DNA of 64,000 bases from Candidatus Saccharimonadota bacterium (GTDB lineage Bacteria; Patescibacteriota; Saccharimonadia; Saccharimonadales; JAQGHD01): contig JAQGHD010000023.1 in assembly GCA_028288965.1 (NCBI GenBank), forward strand, positions 7,249 to 71,248, in the 5' to 3' direction. Both the position numbers and the translations under genes were made by a program. Positions 36,788 to 49,876 of this stretch are shown piece by piece. The stretch's first letter is position 1, and every line of letters starts with the position of its first letter. Under the pieces are notes generated by a model. It ran no database searches and was not told where the DNA came from. It worked only from the letters and a program-made list of their open reading frames with translations.

Positions 36788-39700
36788 TTACTGCAACTTG
36801 ATGTTGGCTTCTCCAACCAGCGTTTGGAGGGATTGAATTGCTGCGCCATCATGATTTATGCGCATGGGTAGTTTGATGGCTTGGCGTTTGTCAGCGCCTC
36901 CCAGCACTAGTACAACTTCGGTTTCGCCACGGTAACTGTCGATGGTTTCTTTTAAAGACCGGAGTAGCGATTGATCATCGCTATTTTCCATACGGATGTA
37001 CAAACGCCTGGAACGAGACAGCGTGGCGGTTTCGGTCACTGGAGTAACGGGCACCGCTTTAATTTTCTTAGGTTTTGGCACCCTGGCCTTTTTTCCAGTG
37101 GCCTGATAAGCCATAGCTTGCTCGGGAGTAACTGAGCGTAGATCATTGACCATGACCTTCAACTCACTACTTGATTCGCCGTTGCGATCACGGGTGCTGA
37201 GCTTGCCATTTACGATCACTACGGCGTCTTTAGTCCAGTTGCCAATATTTTGCTGAAAGACACTTGGAAACAGGATGAGTTCTATCTCATTTTTCATGTC
37301 GGCCAACTTCACGAAAGCCATTTTTTGACCGTTTTTAGTAGTAATCTCCCGTTGATCAACAATTATGCCGCCGATTTTAACTGCCTTACCGTCCATATCT
37401 GGCGTCAAGGAGTCGATCGGTACCGTTTGTTCGTTTAATAGTAGCTCGAATTGATCGAGTGGATGCTGCGAAAGGTACAGTCCAAGCAGCTCACGCTCCC
37501 ACAGCAACTGTTCTTGAATGGTTACTGGCGTAGCGGATTCGTTCAGGGCTAATTTGGGTGTAGCCAGGAGTTCTGCTCCGTCACTGCCAAATAAATCGGT
37601 TTGGCCGCTACTGGCCTGTTTGTGTACCCGGGAGGCAAAGGCCCCTAAAGCGTCAAGATTGTGGAGTAACATGCCGCGCTGAAGGCCCAGTGCATCAAAG
37701 GCCCCAGATTTAATCAGGCTTTCTAACGTCTTTCGATTCACGACTCGCGGATTTATACGGGCCAAAAAGTCTTCGATGCTTACGAATTTGCCGCCCTCAG
37801 TTCTGGCCCGCAGTATTTCTTCTACGGCGCCGGTGCCAACATTCTTAATAGCTGCCATGCCAAAGCGAATTTGATTGTTTCCAGGCACAATAGCAAATTC
37901 CAAAAATGATTCATTGACGTCTGGCGCCATGACTTCCAGCCCCATGTGCCGACACGCAGAGATCTCAATACTCAATCGGTCGGTATTGTCATAATCGCTG
38001 GTCATCAGCGCTGCCATGTAAGCACTGGGATAATTTGCCTTCAGATAGGCCGTCCAGTAAGAAATCTGGGCATAGCAGGTGGCATGGGCCTTGTTAAAGG
38101 AGTAGTCCGCAAAGGGCTGAATCTGCGCCCACAACTGAGCGGCCTGCGTTTTGCCAAGTCCTTGGCGCAAACAGCCCTCAATAAACTTTGGCTCTTCGGC
38201 CTTCATGATATCGCGTTTTTTCTTACCAATGGCTTTGCGGACCAGGTCAGCTTCGCCCGGCGTGTAGCCAGCCACTAGCTGCAGCAGCTTAATAATCTGC
38301 TCCTGGTAGACCATTACCCCGTAGGTATCGTGCAAAATAGGCTCCAGAGACTGATGCAAATAGGTAATTGAGGCAGGGTTGTTTTTGCCTTCAATAAAGC
38401 GTGGAATTTCAGACATTGGCCCGGGGCGATACAGCGCCCCCATAGCAATAATATCTTCAAACATAGTAGGCTTGAGCTCTTTTAAGTAGCGCTTCATGCC
38501 CGAAGATTCTAACTGAAAAACACCGGTGGTGTCGCCAGTTTTTAGCAGTTGAAAGGTTTTAGCGTCGTCCAGTGGTATGGCGCCCAGTTCGATATCTTTT
38601 TTGTAGACCCGTTTAATGATTCTCAAAGCGTTTTTAATAATAGTGAGGTTGGACAGGCCCAGAAAGTCCATCTTAAGTAAACCAAGTTCTTCAATAGGCC
38701 CCATAGAGTACTGGGTGGCTACCACGCCTTTTTGGGCCATTTCAAGCGGCACAAACTTAACAATGTCGTCGGGCGCAATCACCACGCCAGCAGCGTGAAC
38801 ACCGTGGCTGCGAATAGTTCCTTCTAGCTGCACGGCCAGGTCAAAAACTCTTTTGGCTTGCTCGCTTGATTCATACTCTTGTTTGAGCTGAGGATCTTCC
38901 TGTAACGATTTCTCCAGGGGTATGTGGCGACCTTGGACGGGCGGCGGAATCATCTTAGCCATACGGTCTGCTTCGGCGTAGGGAACCTGTAATACACGAG
39001 CGACGTCGCGAACAGCATTACGGGCGGCCATGCGGCCAAAGGTGACTATATTGGCCACGCGATCATCACCATATTTTTCAACACAGTACTGGATAACTTC
39101 GTCACGCCGAGTGTCCTGAATATCTATATCAATATCTGGCATGCTAATACGGCCTGGGTTCAAAAAACGCTCAAACATGAGGTTGTACTTAAGCGGTTCA
39201 ATTTCGGTAATTCTAATGGCGTAAGCCACGATAGAACCAGCTGCCGAACCGCGCCCAGGTCCAAAAACAATACCCTTGTCCTTACCCCAAGTAATAAAAT
39301 CCTGCACAATCAAGAAATAGCCATTAAAGCCCATTGAATTTATAATCTCTAGCTCGTACTCAGCTCGCTCAATTATCTCTTTACTCAGTGATTTGCGGGC
39401 GGCCGCAATAGTAAGCTTTTCGCTAGCTGCGGCACTGGCATTGCCATAACGCCAGGCCAAGCCTTGCCAAACAAGCTGTTTAAGGTAACTGGTTTCATCT
39501 TCGCCTTTAGGTACCGGAAACTTAGGGATGAGGATTTTACCCAGCTCAATAGCTACGTCACATCTGTTGGCAATTTCGGAAGTGTTTTTGATAACCTCGG
39601 GGTGGTCTTGGCCCCAACGCTCAATGACCTCACCAGGATCCGTTACGTGCAACTCAAATTGCTTGAGACTCATGCGCTGCGTATCTGATAAAAATGATCC

Positions 39701-40429
39701 GGTCTGCACGCACAGTAAAATCTCGTGCGCTTCTTGATCCTCGTGTTTCAAATAGTGAGCATCGCAGGTCACGACCGCCTTAATGTCCAGCTCTTCGGCG
39801 AGTTTGAGCAGCTTTTTGTTGGCCTCTACTTGCTCATCCCATTTGCTGGGGTGCTTGGGGTGACCATGGTCTTGAATCTCAATGTAATAGCGGTCACCAA
39901 AGACTTTTTTATACCATTGGGCTACTTCCTTGGCTTGTTTGTACTGGTTTTGGCGCATTAGATCACCCACTTCACCACCGATACAGCCACTCAAGACAAT
40001 GAGTCCCTCGTTATATTTCTCCAGCAAATTATGATCTATCCGTGGTCGATAGTAAAAGCCGTCTAGATTGGCCAGCGTGCTGAGACGCATCAAGTTCTCA
40101 TAGCCAGTATTGTTCATGGCCAGCAGTATGAGGTGAAAATTGTTTTTGTCTTTACCGGGGTCTTTATCGGTATGGCCGCGGGCCGCTATATACGTTTCCA
40201 TACCTATGATCGGCTTGACGTTTCCCGCCTTAGCAGCCTTGTAAAACTCGATGGCCCCGGAGAGCGTGCCATGATCAGTTATGGCCACTGACTGCATCCC
40301 GGCTTCTTTCACGTAATCAATCAGGGCCGGGATTTTGGTGAGCCCGTCCAATAAGCTGTATTGGGTGTGATTATGGAGGTGAACATAATCACCCGCCTCC
40401 AGTTTCTGTGACGCTTTTTTCTCGGCCAT
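36788..40429 (-). CDS. dnaE: DNA polymerase III alpha subunit
   Basis: PHP HLHNHTQYSLLDG, GPGRGSAAGS, MPDIDID, YSFNKAHA, OB fold. Confidence 0.98.
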   Translation of the reverse strand: MAEKKASQKLEAGDYVHLHNHTQYSLLDGLTKIPALIDYVKEAGMQSVAITDHGTLSGAIEFYKAAKAGNVKPIIGMETYIAARGHTDKDPGKDKNNFHLILLAMNNTGYENLMRLSTLANLDGFYYRPRIDHNLLEKYNEGLIVLSGCIGGEVGDLMRQNQYKQAKEVAQWYKKVFGDRYYIEIQDHGHPKHPSKWDEQVEANKKLLKLAEELDIKAVVTCDAHYLKHEDQEAHEILLCVQTGSFLSDTQRMSLKQFELHVTDPGEVIERWGQDHPEVIKNTSEIANRCDVAIELGKILIPKFPVPKGEDETSYLKQLVWQGLAWRYGNASAAASEKLTIAAARKSLSKEIIERAEYELEIINSMGFNGYFLIVQDFITWGKDKGIVFGPGRGSAAGSIVAYAIRITEIEPLKYNLMFERFLNPGRISMPDIDIDIQDTRRDEVIQYCVEKYGDDRVANIVTFGRMAARNAVRDVARVLQVPYAEADRMAKMIPPPVQGRHIPLEKSLQEDPQLKQEYESSEQAKRVFDLAVQLEGTIRSHGVHAAGVVIAPDDIVKFVPLEMAQKGVVATQYSMGPIEELGLLKMDFLGLSNLTIIKNALRIIKRVYKKDIELGAIPLDDAKTFQLLKTGDTTGVFQLESSGMKRYLKELKPTMFEDIIAMGALYRPGPMSEIPRFIEGKNNPASITYLHQSLEPILHDTYGVMVYQEQIIKLLQLVAGYTPGEADLVRKAIGKKKRDIMKAEEPKFIEGCLRQGLGKTQAAQLWAQIQPFADYSFNKAHATCYAQISYWTAYLKANYPSAYMAALMTSDYDNTDRLSIEISACRHMGLEVMAPDVNESFLEFAIVPGNNQIRFGMAAIKNVGTGAVEEILRARTEGGKFVSIEDFLARINPRVVNRKTLESLIKSGAFDALGLQRGMLLHNLDALGAFASRVHKQASSGQTDLFGSDGAELLATPKLALNESATPVTIQEQLLWERELLGLYLSQHPLDQFELLLNEQTVPIDSLTPDMDGKAVKIGGIIVDQREITTKNGQKMAFVKLADMKNEIELILFPSVFQQNIGNWTKDAVVIVNGKLSTRDRNGESSSELKVMVNDLRSVTPEQAMAYQATGKKARVPKPKKIKAVPVTPVTETATLSRSRRLYIRMENSDDQSLLRSLKETIDSYRGETEVVLVLGGADKRQAIKLPMRINHDGAAIQSLQTLVGEANIKLQ

Positions 40430-40494
40430 GAACCCTCTTTTCGGACCTTATTATAACTGACCGGTTTAAGCAAAAGAAGCGTATGTCTTTAAAA

Positions 40495-40761
40495 TTACGG
40501 CCGCTTTTCTTGGACGGTGTGGCGAATATTGTTCACAAACGGGCCAATGACGGGCACTTGTTTAAAAAACGATAGGACCCAAATTACCAATGCCACAATT
40601 ATAGTCGCGCCAAGTACCCCGCCCACACCGCTAACTAGGCCCTTAATAAAGCTCATTTTGTAAGTTTGGCCCTTGTCTAAGTACCCTGATTCATAAATGT
40701 TAGACACCAGGCGGCCCAACTGTTCATAGTCCTTTGGCGTTTTAGGCTTTGGCTTGGCCAT
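40495..40761 (-). CDS. small membrane protein (DUF5665-like)
   Basis: FIKGLVSGVGGVLGATII..VPVIG pattern. Confidence 0.7.
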   Translation of the reverse strand: MAKPKPKTPKDYEQLGRLVSNIYESGYLDKGQTYKMSFIKGLVSGVGGVLGATIIVALVIWVLSFFKQVPVIGPFVNNIRHTVQEKRP

Positions 40762-41163
40762 TTACTTTGTAAGATATGATTTTAGGTGGTTGAGTGCCTT
40801 GGAACCTTCTTTAATGGCCTTTTGCAGATCTTTATTATCAGCGCCGCCATCGTGCAAGGCGCTTAAGAGTTCACGGGCTTTTTGCTGAGCTTCGGTGGCC
40901 GCACCCACTGCCCGGCTGTAACCGGCTTTGGCTTTACTGCTAGCTTCGTTGGCCTTGGTTTTGCTCTGGTCTATAAGATCAGTCAATTCGCTGTGCAGCT
41001 TTTTGAGTTGCTTTTCGGCCTCTGTTTTGGCTTGGGCGGCTGCTTTTTGGATGTCTTGGCGTGTTTCTTTGCCACTTTTTGGGGCTGTCAATATCCCAGC
41101 CACGTAACCGACGGCTCCCGCCACTAATGCTCCGGCGGCTAATTTCTTTCCATATTTTGCCAT
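40762..41163 (-). CDS. YtxH domain protein
   Basis: GALVAGAVG..GILTAPKSGKETR followed by amphipathic helices. Confidence 0.88.
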   Translation of the reverse strand: MAKYGKKLAAGALVAGAVGYVAGILTAPKSGKETRQDIQKAAAQAKTEAEKQLKKLHSELTDLIDQSKTKANEASSKAKAGYSRAVGAATEAQQKARELLSALHDGGADNKDLQKAIKEGSKALNHLKSYLTK

Positions 41164-41172
41164 CTTGCCCTC

Positions 41173-41439
41173 CTATTTTTCCTTGGATTTACGTTTGAAT
41201 ACCGTCTCGTGGATGTTAGCCAAAAGCCGGCCGATGGCGACAGGAGTAGCGCTACTGCGAAAAAAGTCCGCCACGTCTTCGGCTTTGTTAGTTAGCCGTT
41301 CGGCCTTTTCGACAATCCGCTTTAGAGCGTTCACTAATTGAATAACCCTGATGACAACCACAATACTTAAAATAAGAAACAACGCTAATACAGCCGACAA
41401 AACAATAACTAAAATCTTAAGACTGGTATTAGCATCCAT
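41173..41439 (-). CDS. small single-TM protein (DUF948-like context)
   Basis: N-terminal TM then coiled coil, upstream of YtxH gene. Confidence 0.7.
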   Translation of the reverse strand: MDANTSLKILVIVLSAVLALFLILSIVVVIRVIQLVNALKRIVEKAERLTNKAEDVADFFRSSATPVAIGRLLANIHETVFKRKSKEK

Positions 41440-42260
41440 ACCTTAATGTATAGCAGTTTGTCAGCACCAATACAAGTAAGCATCTTTCATTATGGCCGGA
41501 ATTATGGTCTTGTAATTTCTTAAGACTAGGAATACAATATTGTTCTCATGGAGTCAACTACATTACAAGAGACGAAATCAGAGCTTGAAGTATTATTCTG
41601 GCAGCTTGTACCCGTTGCCGAAACCCTCTACGGTAATTTGGAATACCACGGCTTTGCGCATCCTCTTCACGTGTTTGAAACTGCCTGGCAAATTGCCGAC
41701 GAGTGTGAAGAAAATGGCTTATCAGTAAACAGAAAGACTTTACTGGCCATGGTGTTATTTCACGACGCCGGTTTTCAGGATTGGGATGAAAGCCAGTTTA
41801 GCTCTCGTGAAGCCTACGCAGCTTTTCTGACTGGCAGCATCCTACCGGATTTTGGCTACACCGATGAAGAAATTATTGAGGTGCAGGCCGGCATCGCCGC
41901 CACGGAGTTGGGCATTAAGCCTGCCAGCCTAGAAGCCAAAATTATGCGCCGAGCCGATTTGTTTGGTATTCAAAATTATCAAACACTGCTTGAAGGAAGT
42001 TACAAACTATTACAAGAAAGTTGTAAGCTAGGCGGCGACTTCCCATCCCGTGATCAAATAGCCAAGGCCAAGGCCTTTGGAATAGACATTCTTGGGAAAT
42101 ACCTAGAAGATGATGAGCCATTGCATGCAGGTGATGTCGACCCCGTCACGGGCAAGTCTAAATACTACATGAAAGCCAAACTGGCGCTGGCTCAAATGAA
42201 ATCAGAACAAGTTACCGTACTTGAGATGCGCTATAAAGATATTGCCGCCCGTCTGGCGGC

Positions 42261-43719
<1,459 letters not shown>

Positions 43720-43733
<14 letters not shown>

Positions 43734-44142
43734 CAGGTAATGCTCCAATATCTTTTAGCGCCTGACGAAAATGAATCAGGGCTTGCTTGACCTGTTTTTC
43801 GCGCAGTCGGACATTTGTGCCCTCTTTCAGTTTTTTACTCAGATTGTGGCTGGACCACACCCCATCGTTATCACTGAGGGCATGTTGAGCAGAAACTAAT
43901 CGCTCGCCCATACGCTTACCCTTAAAGCGCCGCTTTTTTAAGGCTTTATTTAAGAGTTCATCGGAGGCCATGATGGCCTTAGCCCAGGTTTCCTTATTGG
44001 AGCAATATTTTTGTAGCTGCTTCCACTGATTAACAAAGGGTGCTTGTTTGAACCTACCTGATTTGCGCCGCCGCCTGGAAATGAAAATACTCAGTAAGCC
44101 CGAGACCACGATGGCTGCGATGGCTATAAGAATTATCTTCAT
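43720..44142 (-). CDS. membrane-anchored hypothetical protein inside gat operon
   Basis: N-terminal TM plus basic cluster; overlaps gatA stop and gatB start. Confidence 0.75.
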
Positions 44143-45563
44143 ACCAACACCTCCTCGGCTGCCTTGGCAAGAGCCAATAAAGCGCGGTCTTGACGCTGTG
44201 GTGCCAGAAGCTGCAAGCCAATGGGCAGTTTATGGGCCGACCCAACAGGGATGCTTATGGCTGGCACGCCGGCTAAGTTGGCGCCCACGGTCATGATATC
44301 TGTTAGATACATTTGCAGCGGGTCGCTGACATTTTGCCCAATCTCAAAAGCCACCATTGGCGCAGTCGGTCCAAGCAAGAAATCGACCTGGCTGAAAGCC
44401 TTCTCGTATTCTTTGATAAGTTTTGTACGGATGAGCTGGGCCCGTTTGTAGTAGGCATCGTAATAGCCGCTACTCAGCACATAAGTGCCGATCATAATGC
44501 GTCTTTTAGCTTCATCACCAAAACCCTCACTTCGTGACCAATTGTAGCTTTCCTCTAGGTTTTTAGCGTTCTGGGCAAAGTAGCCATAGTGCTGGCCATC
44601 ATAACGACTTAAGTTAGAGCTTACCTCGGCAGGCATAATAATGTAGTAGCAGGCCAGCGCTAGGGTAAGCGACGGCAAACTTACCTCTGTTATTTCGGCT
44701 CCCGAAGTTTTGAGTTTGGCGATTGACGCATCAATAGAACGCTTAATTTCAGGGTCGAGGCCCTGGCCCATATATTCCTTTATAACACCGATTTTTTTAC
44801 CTTTAATATCGCTACCAAGCACGGTATAGCTAGTTTTATCGCGGTCAATAGTTGTGGAGTCCAGACGATCTTTACCAGCCATAACGTCAAGCACCAGAGC
44901 GGCGTCTTCAACAGTAGTCGTTAGCGGCCCAATAACATCGGTACTGCTGGCCATAGCAATAACGCCTGAACGCGAGACCAACCCATAGGTGGGCTTATAG
45001 CCAACAGCCCCAGTAAAAGCCGCCGGTAACCTAATAGAGCCGCCAGTGTCCGTACCCAGCGCGAAGGGGGCTAGCCCTAAAACCACTGCGGTCGCGGAGC
45101 CGCCCGATGAGCCGCCGGGCACTCGCTTAGAATCATGGGGATTTTTAGTAGTCATAAAATCACTATTTTCAGTACTGGAACCATGAGCAAAGGCATCAAG
45201 ATTGGCCTTGGCTACACAAATGGCGCCCTCGGCCTCCAGTAATTCTATAGCCGTCGCCTGATAAGGCGCTTTAAACCCTTTTAAAATATTACTAGCAGCC
45301 GTTGTTTCGCTGCCAAACGTTAAGAAATTATCCTTAGCAATAAAGGGTACACCGGCCAGCCGTCCAATTTTCTCACCCTTTGCCACCCGGGCATCAATGT
45401 CACGAGCTCGCACCACGGAACGATCAGTAATAACAGCAATGATCGCTTGATACTCTTGGGTATCTTGGATGCGCTTTAAAGATTCAGCTACCAGGTCGGT
45501 GGCCTTAGTTTTACCGGCTGATACGTCGGCGGCAATTTGAGCAATGGCAGGCCAAGTGCTCAT
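44139..45563 (-). CDS. gatA: Asp/Glu-tRNA amidotransferase subunit A
   Basis: PGGSSGGS, GTDTGGSIRLPA, SSNLSRYDG, SSGYYDAYY. Confidence 0.98.
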   Translation of the reverse strand: MSTWPAIAQIAADVSAGKTKATDLVAESLKRIQDTQEYQAIIAVITDRSVVRARDIDARVAKGEKIGRLAGVPFIAKDNFLTFGSETTAASNILKGFKAPYQATAIELLEAEGAICVAKANLDAFAHGSSTENSDFMTTKNPHDSKRVPGGSSGGSATAVVLGLAPFALGTDTGGSIRLPAAFTGAVGYKPTYGLVSRSGVIAMASSTDVIGPLTTTVEDAALVLDVMAGKDRLDSTTIDRDKTSYTVLGSDIKGKKIGVIKEYMGQGLDPEIKRSIDASIAKLKTSGAEITEVSLPSLTLALACYYIIMPAEVSSNLSRYDGQHYGYFAQNAKNLEESYNWSRSEGFGDEAKRRIMIGTYVLSSGYYDAYYKRAQLIRTKLIKEYEKAFSQVDFLLGPTAPMVAFEIGQNVSDPLQMYLTDIMTVGANLAGVPAISIPVGSAHKLPIGLQLLAPQRQDRALLALAKAAEEVLV

Positions 45564-45856
45564 TAATTGAGCATCCTTTTGACCTTAAAATGACCTTTTT
45601 CGGTGGCCGGCGCGTTTTTGAGCAGTTCTTCTGGCGTGGTGCCGTAGCTCACTTCCTCATCGGGACGCATAACGTTTGTCAGACCGGTAACCTGGTGCGT
45701 TGGCTCCAGTCCGCCCACATCAGCCTTCTGTAATTGCTCTACATAACCCAGGATAGCGCTAATTTCTTTTTGAAATTTATCTACTTCTTCATGGGTCAGC
45801 TGCAGGCGCGCCAGTTTTGCCAATCTTAATACATCCGCTTGTGTGAGGTCCGCCAT
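45563..45856 (-). CDS. gatC: Asp/Glu-tRNA amidotransferase subunit C
   Basis: LAKLARL, NVMRPD, LLKNAP; upstream of gatA. Confidence 0.95.
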   Translation of the reverse strand: MADLTQADVLRLAKLARLQLTHEEVDKFQKEISAILGYVEQLQKADVGGLEPTHQVTGLTNVMRPDEEVSYGTTPEELLKNAPATEKGHFKVKRMLN

Positions 45857-45983
45857 ATGTAATTCAAGTATATCAAAAATACACTCCTGGAATGAAATAC
45901 CCCATAAAATTCCCTATTTACAAACCTAAACTCCAGGACTACGATAAAGATAAGCGAGAAATCTCTCAGACAAGAAGAAAGTA

Positions 45984-47114
45984 ATGTTATTTACCGAAAA
46001 GCTACAGATTACTCCACAGCAACCAACAATTCATGGCGAAGTTAGTGCGCCGGTAACTGATATTCAGTCTCTTTCCCCGGTTGATGAAGCTGTTTATTAT
46101 TCACCCGGCGAAACGCCTAACCCAGTCGTTAACCGAAGACTTTTAGACACTGATCGCCATGCTAGGTTTGGTGACAGTTGGACGGAAATCTTTACCATGA
46201 AGAATGGTCGACGCTATGAAGTGGTCACTAACGTACCCCGAAAGCAACGATCTGAAGTTCCCATAGTCTTTACCACTGCGCTTGGTACTAGCATTCGTGG
46301 ACACAATTGGCACACTATGCAGCAAATGATGGATACCGGTTTTTCAGTTGTTATGGTTGGACCAGAAGGTGGTCACGCTTCTTGGCCGCATAGCAAGCGA
46401 GGTTGGAAGCAGTTTATGCATAATTTGACCAATATAAGTCTTGAAGAAACAGCCGAAAACATGCATGAGATTTTAAATGTCACTGATCATCTATATCTTT
46501 ATGAACCGGGTGGCGCCATTAATATTGGTGAGTCGCGTGGTGGCGGTGCTGGCATGGGTTTCAAAGCCCGGGCTTCACGTTTTGGCCGGCAGGTTTTATA
46601 TTCCGACCTTACTGCTACGCCATTTGCAAAAAAGTTGGCTCTGTTAGAGTCACCAAAGTTGTCCAATGTTCCGGTTAAAGAATTGAAAAGTATTGGCCGA
46701 GTGTTCTTGCGTGGTAAGGTTGACTTAGTTCGGCTTACTCATTATCCAGAAACCTTAAATCTCAACCCTCACTATCTCCTGCACGTGGCGGGCAGCATTC
46801 CTACGCTGTTACGGGGACACTCCGGAAACTTAGCTGATGAAATCGGCCAAGATGCAAAAATGCACAATACGCAATTTGAAGAAGACGGTATGGGACAAGC
46901 CAGCGAGTGGGATGAGAAGTTTAAACATCATCCTTACGTCGTTAATCTACTATTGGCTGGTACACATGTTGATCTTGCCCAAGATTGGGTGCTCGATGCC
47001 CGGGTGGCCAGAATGCGCGGCTTACGTGATGAACTGGAAACAGCCAAAGGTCAGTGGGCTCGGATTGACTGGCGAAACGTTCACATGGGCGAACACATAG
47101 TCCGAGCTGCTTAA
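45984..47114 (+). CDS. divergent alpha/beta hydrolase
   Basis: GESRGG nucleophile elbow, candidate acid in FEEDGM and His in AGTHVD; promoter TTTACA-17-TACGAT at 45927-45955. Confidence 0.7.
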   Translation: MLFTEKLQITPQQPTIHGEVSAPVTDIQSLSPVDEAVYYSPGETPNPVVNRRLLDTDRHARFGDSWTEIFTMKNGRRYEVVTNVPRKQRSEVPIVFTTALGTSIRGHNWHTMQQMMDTGFSVVMVGPEGGHASWPHSKRGWKQFMHNLTNISLEETAENMHEILNVTDHLYLYEPGGAINIGESRGGGAGMGFKARASRFGRQVLYSDLTATPFAKKLALLESPKLSNVPVKELKSIGRVFLRGKVDLVRLTHYPETLNLNPHYLLHVAGSIPTLLRGHSGNLADEIGQDAKMHNTQFEEDGMGQASEWDEKFKHHPYVVNLLLAGTHVDLAQDWVLDARVARMRGLRDELETAKGQWARIDWRNVHMGEHIVRAA

Positions 47115-49072
47115 AGCTTAGACTTGATGTCCTCAATGGTGTCACGCAGATCAGCGGCTTTTTCGAATTGTAGGTTGGCAGCGGCTAGTTCCATTTGAGA
47201 CGACAAGTCTTTTATGAGGTGGCCATACTCGTCCTTGGGAATTTTCTTCAAATTGATCTTGGGCTTTTCATCTTCGGGCAGATCAGGCCGCATGCCCTTT
47301 TCAATCGCTTTAGCAATGCCCTGCGGAGTAATACCATGCTTGGTATTGTAAGCTTCTTGAATTTTGCGGCGGCGGTTGGTTTCATCAATGGTGCGCTTCA
47401 TGCTACCGGTTACGTGATCGGCATACATAATTACGCGACCTTCAATGTGCCGAGCTGCCCGGCCAACAGTCTGGATGAGCGCCTGTTCGCTACGCAAAAA
47501 ACCTTCTTTATCGGCATCTAAAATGGTCACCAGGCTGACTTCAGGCAAATCCAGGCCTTCGCGCAGTAGATTGATACCGACCACCACGTCGTACACACCC
47601 AGACGGAGATCGCGCAGTATATCGGTTCGATCTAAAGTGTCCACATCACTGTGCAGGTAAGTTACTTTAATTTGGAGTTCGGCTAAGTATTCGGTGAGAT
47701 CCTCGGCCATACGCTTGGTTAAGGTGGTGACCAGGACGCGTTGGTGCTTGGCTACCGTATCTTTTATTTCAGCCAGCAGATCATCTACCTGGCCATCTAC
47801 CGGGCGAACCTCAATGACCGGATCAATTAAGCCGGTAGGACGAATAACCTGCTGGGCGGGCTCTGGACTACGGCTGAGCTCATATTCAGCGGGCGTGGCA
47901 CTGACGTAAACCGTTTGATTGACATGCCGTTCGAACTCCGTGAAAGTCAGTGGCCGGTTATCTAAGGCGCTCGGCAAGCGAAAACCGTGTTCCACCAACA
48001 CTTCTTTACGGGCTCGGTCACCGTTATACATGCCTCGTACCTGCGGAATGCTCATGTGACTTTCGTCTATAAACATCAGATAGTCATCCGGAAAGTAATC
48101 GAGTAAGGTGGCCGGCTGTTCACCGGGCTCACGGTTGGTTAGGTAGCGACTATAGTTCTCAATACCTTTTACAAAACCGGTTTCTTCCATCATTTCTATA
48201 TCAAAACGGGTGCGCTGCTGCAGGCGCTGAGCCTCTAGTAACAGGCCGTGTTTATTAAACCAGGCCAGGCGCTCCTCTAACTCCGCTTCTATTTTACCGA
48301 TGGCTGCTCTAAGTTTTTGTTCTGGCGTAACATAGTGACTACTGGGAAAGATTTTTAGTTGGGATAAGGTTTGGAGCACTTCGCCAGTAAGTGGGTTGAG
48401 TTTAGTAATGCGCTCTACTTCATCGCCAAACAGCTCAATTCGGTAAGCCACTTCTTCGCCGGCTGGAAAAACGTCCACCACATCCCCACGCACCCGAAAT
48501 GTACCCCGGTGAAAATCAATATCATTACGCTGATACTGGATATCGGTGAGATGTCGTAACAATTTGTCGCGGCGGCGGACTTCGCCTTGAGTAACCTTCA
48601 CAGCCATACCATCATAATCTTCTACCGAGCCAATACCGTAAATACAGCTCACACTGGCCACAATAATCACATCTCGTCGGCTTAATAAGCTGTCAGTGGC
48701 GGCGTGTCGCAGCCGATCAATTTCTTCGTTAATCTGACTGTCTTTTTCTATGTAGGTGTCAGAGCGCGGAATATAGGCTTCTGGTTGGTAGTAATCAAAA
48801 TAGCTCACAAAATAATGTACGGCGTTGTCAGGAAAAAAACTTTTGAATTCACCATACAGCTGGGCGGCCAGGGTTTTATTATGGCTGAGCACCAAGGTGG
48901 GCTTTTGGACGTTTTGAATAACGTTGGCCATGGAAAAGGTTTTGCCCGAGCCGGTAACACCCAGCAGCACCTGCTCCTTTAACCCGTCGTTAACACCTTT
49001 GGTCAACTGAGCAATGGCCTTGGGCTGATCACCTGTTGGTTTGTACTTGGCCTGTAACTTGAATGGACCCAT
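47111..49072 (-). CDS. uvrB: excinuclease ABC subunit B
   Basis: [45 protein letters not shown]. Confidence 0.99.
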   Translation of the reverse strand: MGPFKLQAKYKPTGDQPKAIAQLTKGVNDGLKEQVLLGVTGSGKTFSMANVIQNVQKPTLVLSHNKTLAAQLYGEFKSFFPDNAVHYFVSYFDYYQPEAYIPRSDTYIEKDSQINEEIDRLRHAATDSLLSRRDVIIVASVSCIYGIGSVEDYDGMAVKVTQGEVRRRDKLLRHLTDIQYQRNDIDFHRGTFRVRGDVVDVFPAGEEVAYRIELFGDEVERITKLNPLTGEVLQTLSQLKIFPSSHYVTPEQKLRAAIGKIEAELEERLAWFNKHGLLLEAQRLQQRTRFDIEMMEETGFVKGIENYSRYLTNREPGEQPATLLDYFPDDYLMFIDESHMSIPQVRGMYNGDRARKEVLVEHGFRLPSALDNRPLTFTEFERHVNQTVYVSATPAEYELSRSPEPAQQVIRPTGLIDPVIEVRPVDGQVDDLLAEIKDTVAKHQRVLVTTLTKRMAEDLTEYLAELQIKVTYLHSDVDTLDRTDILRDLRLGVYDVVVGINLLREGLDLPEVSLVTILDADKEGFLRSEQALIQTVGRAARHIEGRVIMYADHVTGSMKRTIDETNRRRKIQEAYNTKHGITPQGIAKAIEKGMRPDLPEDEKPKINLKKIPKDEYGHLIKDLSSQMELAAANLQFEKAADLRDTIEDIKSKL

Positions 49073-49098
49073 CGTTATATTGTATCAGCCGACGGACA

Positions 49099-49863
49099 CT
49101 ATGATGAGAACAGCTTAATTGACTTAAGCACCGGGGTAGCTTCTTTCACTTCTGCCGAGTCAAAAAACTTTCTCGTAACATTCTGGGTATCATCCTTACC
49201 TTCTACATACACTGTCAGATTTCCGTTCTTTTCACAATTGATTTCGTCCCATGGGTAAATAACGGCACCAATAAAGGTGCCGGTTTTTATGGCAGAACCA
49301 TCTATATTGTTACTAATATCAATAAAGTATTTAGTTGCTCCACCGTTACTCAGGGAAGCCGTAAGACTAGCAGTATAAAAATACACCGGTTTAGTGGTTG
49401 AACTATTAGGCAGCTTTTCGCTTGTCAGAGTTTGTAGGGTTGAACAAGTTTGAGTAGTGTGTGCGCCGTTTTCTCCGCTGGCACAGTCGCCACCCTTACC
49501 GCCAAAATCAGGTCCAAAATGCACTTTGGTACCGGCTGGTGATGTTACCACAACATCGCCCTCTGTGCCGCCCCTGCCTTGGTCTGATAAGTTCTCAGAT
49601 ATTGCCCAATTTGCCGGATATGAGAAGCTAAAACCATGTTCATCATTCTTATACTCTTTAAGCTCACCTGCTTTGGTAACAGTAGCCTTTTTGGCAGAAC
49701 CACCGACGGCAAGATTATTACTCGCTGCTGAGTTTAAGGACGTATTGGTACTATTGCGCGCTTGTATAACGAACCAACCAACAAAACCAATGATGGTCAT
49801 TATCACTAATACCAATATAATTTCCACCGAGCTAAAGCCAGTTTGACTTGATCGAGTCCTCAT
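49099..49863 (-). CDS. type IV pilin-like protein with large globular head
   Basis: Class III signal QTG|FSSVEIILVLVI (Glu at +5); YKNDEHGFSFSYPANW PsbP-like start; Cys pair. Confidence 0.8.
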   Translation of the reverse strand: MRTRSSQTGFSSVEIILVLVIMTIIGFVGWFVIQARNSTNTSLNSAASNNLAVGGSAKKATVTKAGELKEYKNDEHGFSFSYPANWAISENLSDQGRGGTEGDVVVTSPAGTKVHFGPDFGGKGGDCASGENGAHTTQTCSTLQTLTSEKLPNSSTTKPVYFYTASLTASLSNGGATKYFIDISNNIDGSAIKTGTFIGAVIYPWDEINCEKNGNLTVYVEGKDDTQNVTRKFFDSAEVKEATPVLKSIKLFSS

Positions 49864-49876
49864 GTAAGTATCTCCA

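Noticed and set aside
36788..40429. Intein or split in DnaE
   Set aside because: Normal length, continuous motifs, no intein termini seen.
44139..44142. UGA recoding (genetic code 25)
   Set aside because: TGA ends conserved genes at expected positions (gatA, rnhB) and long ORFs are intact under code 11.
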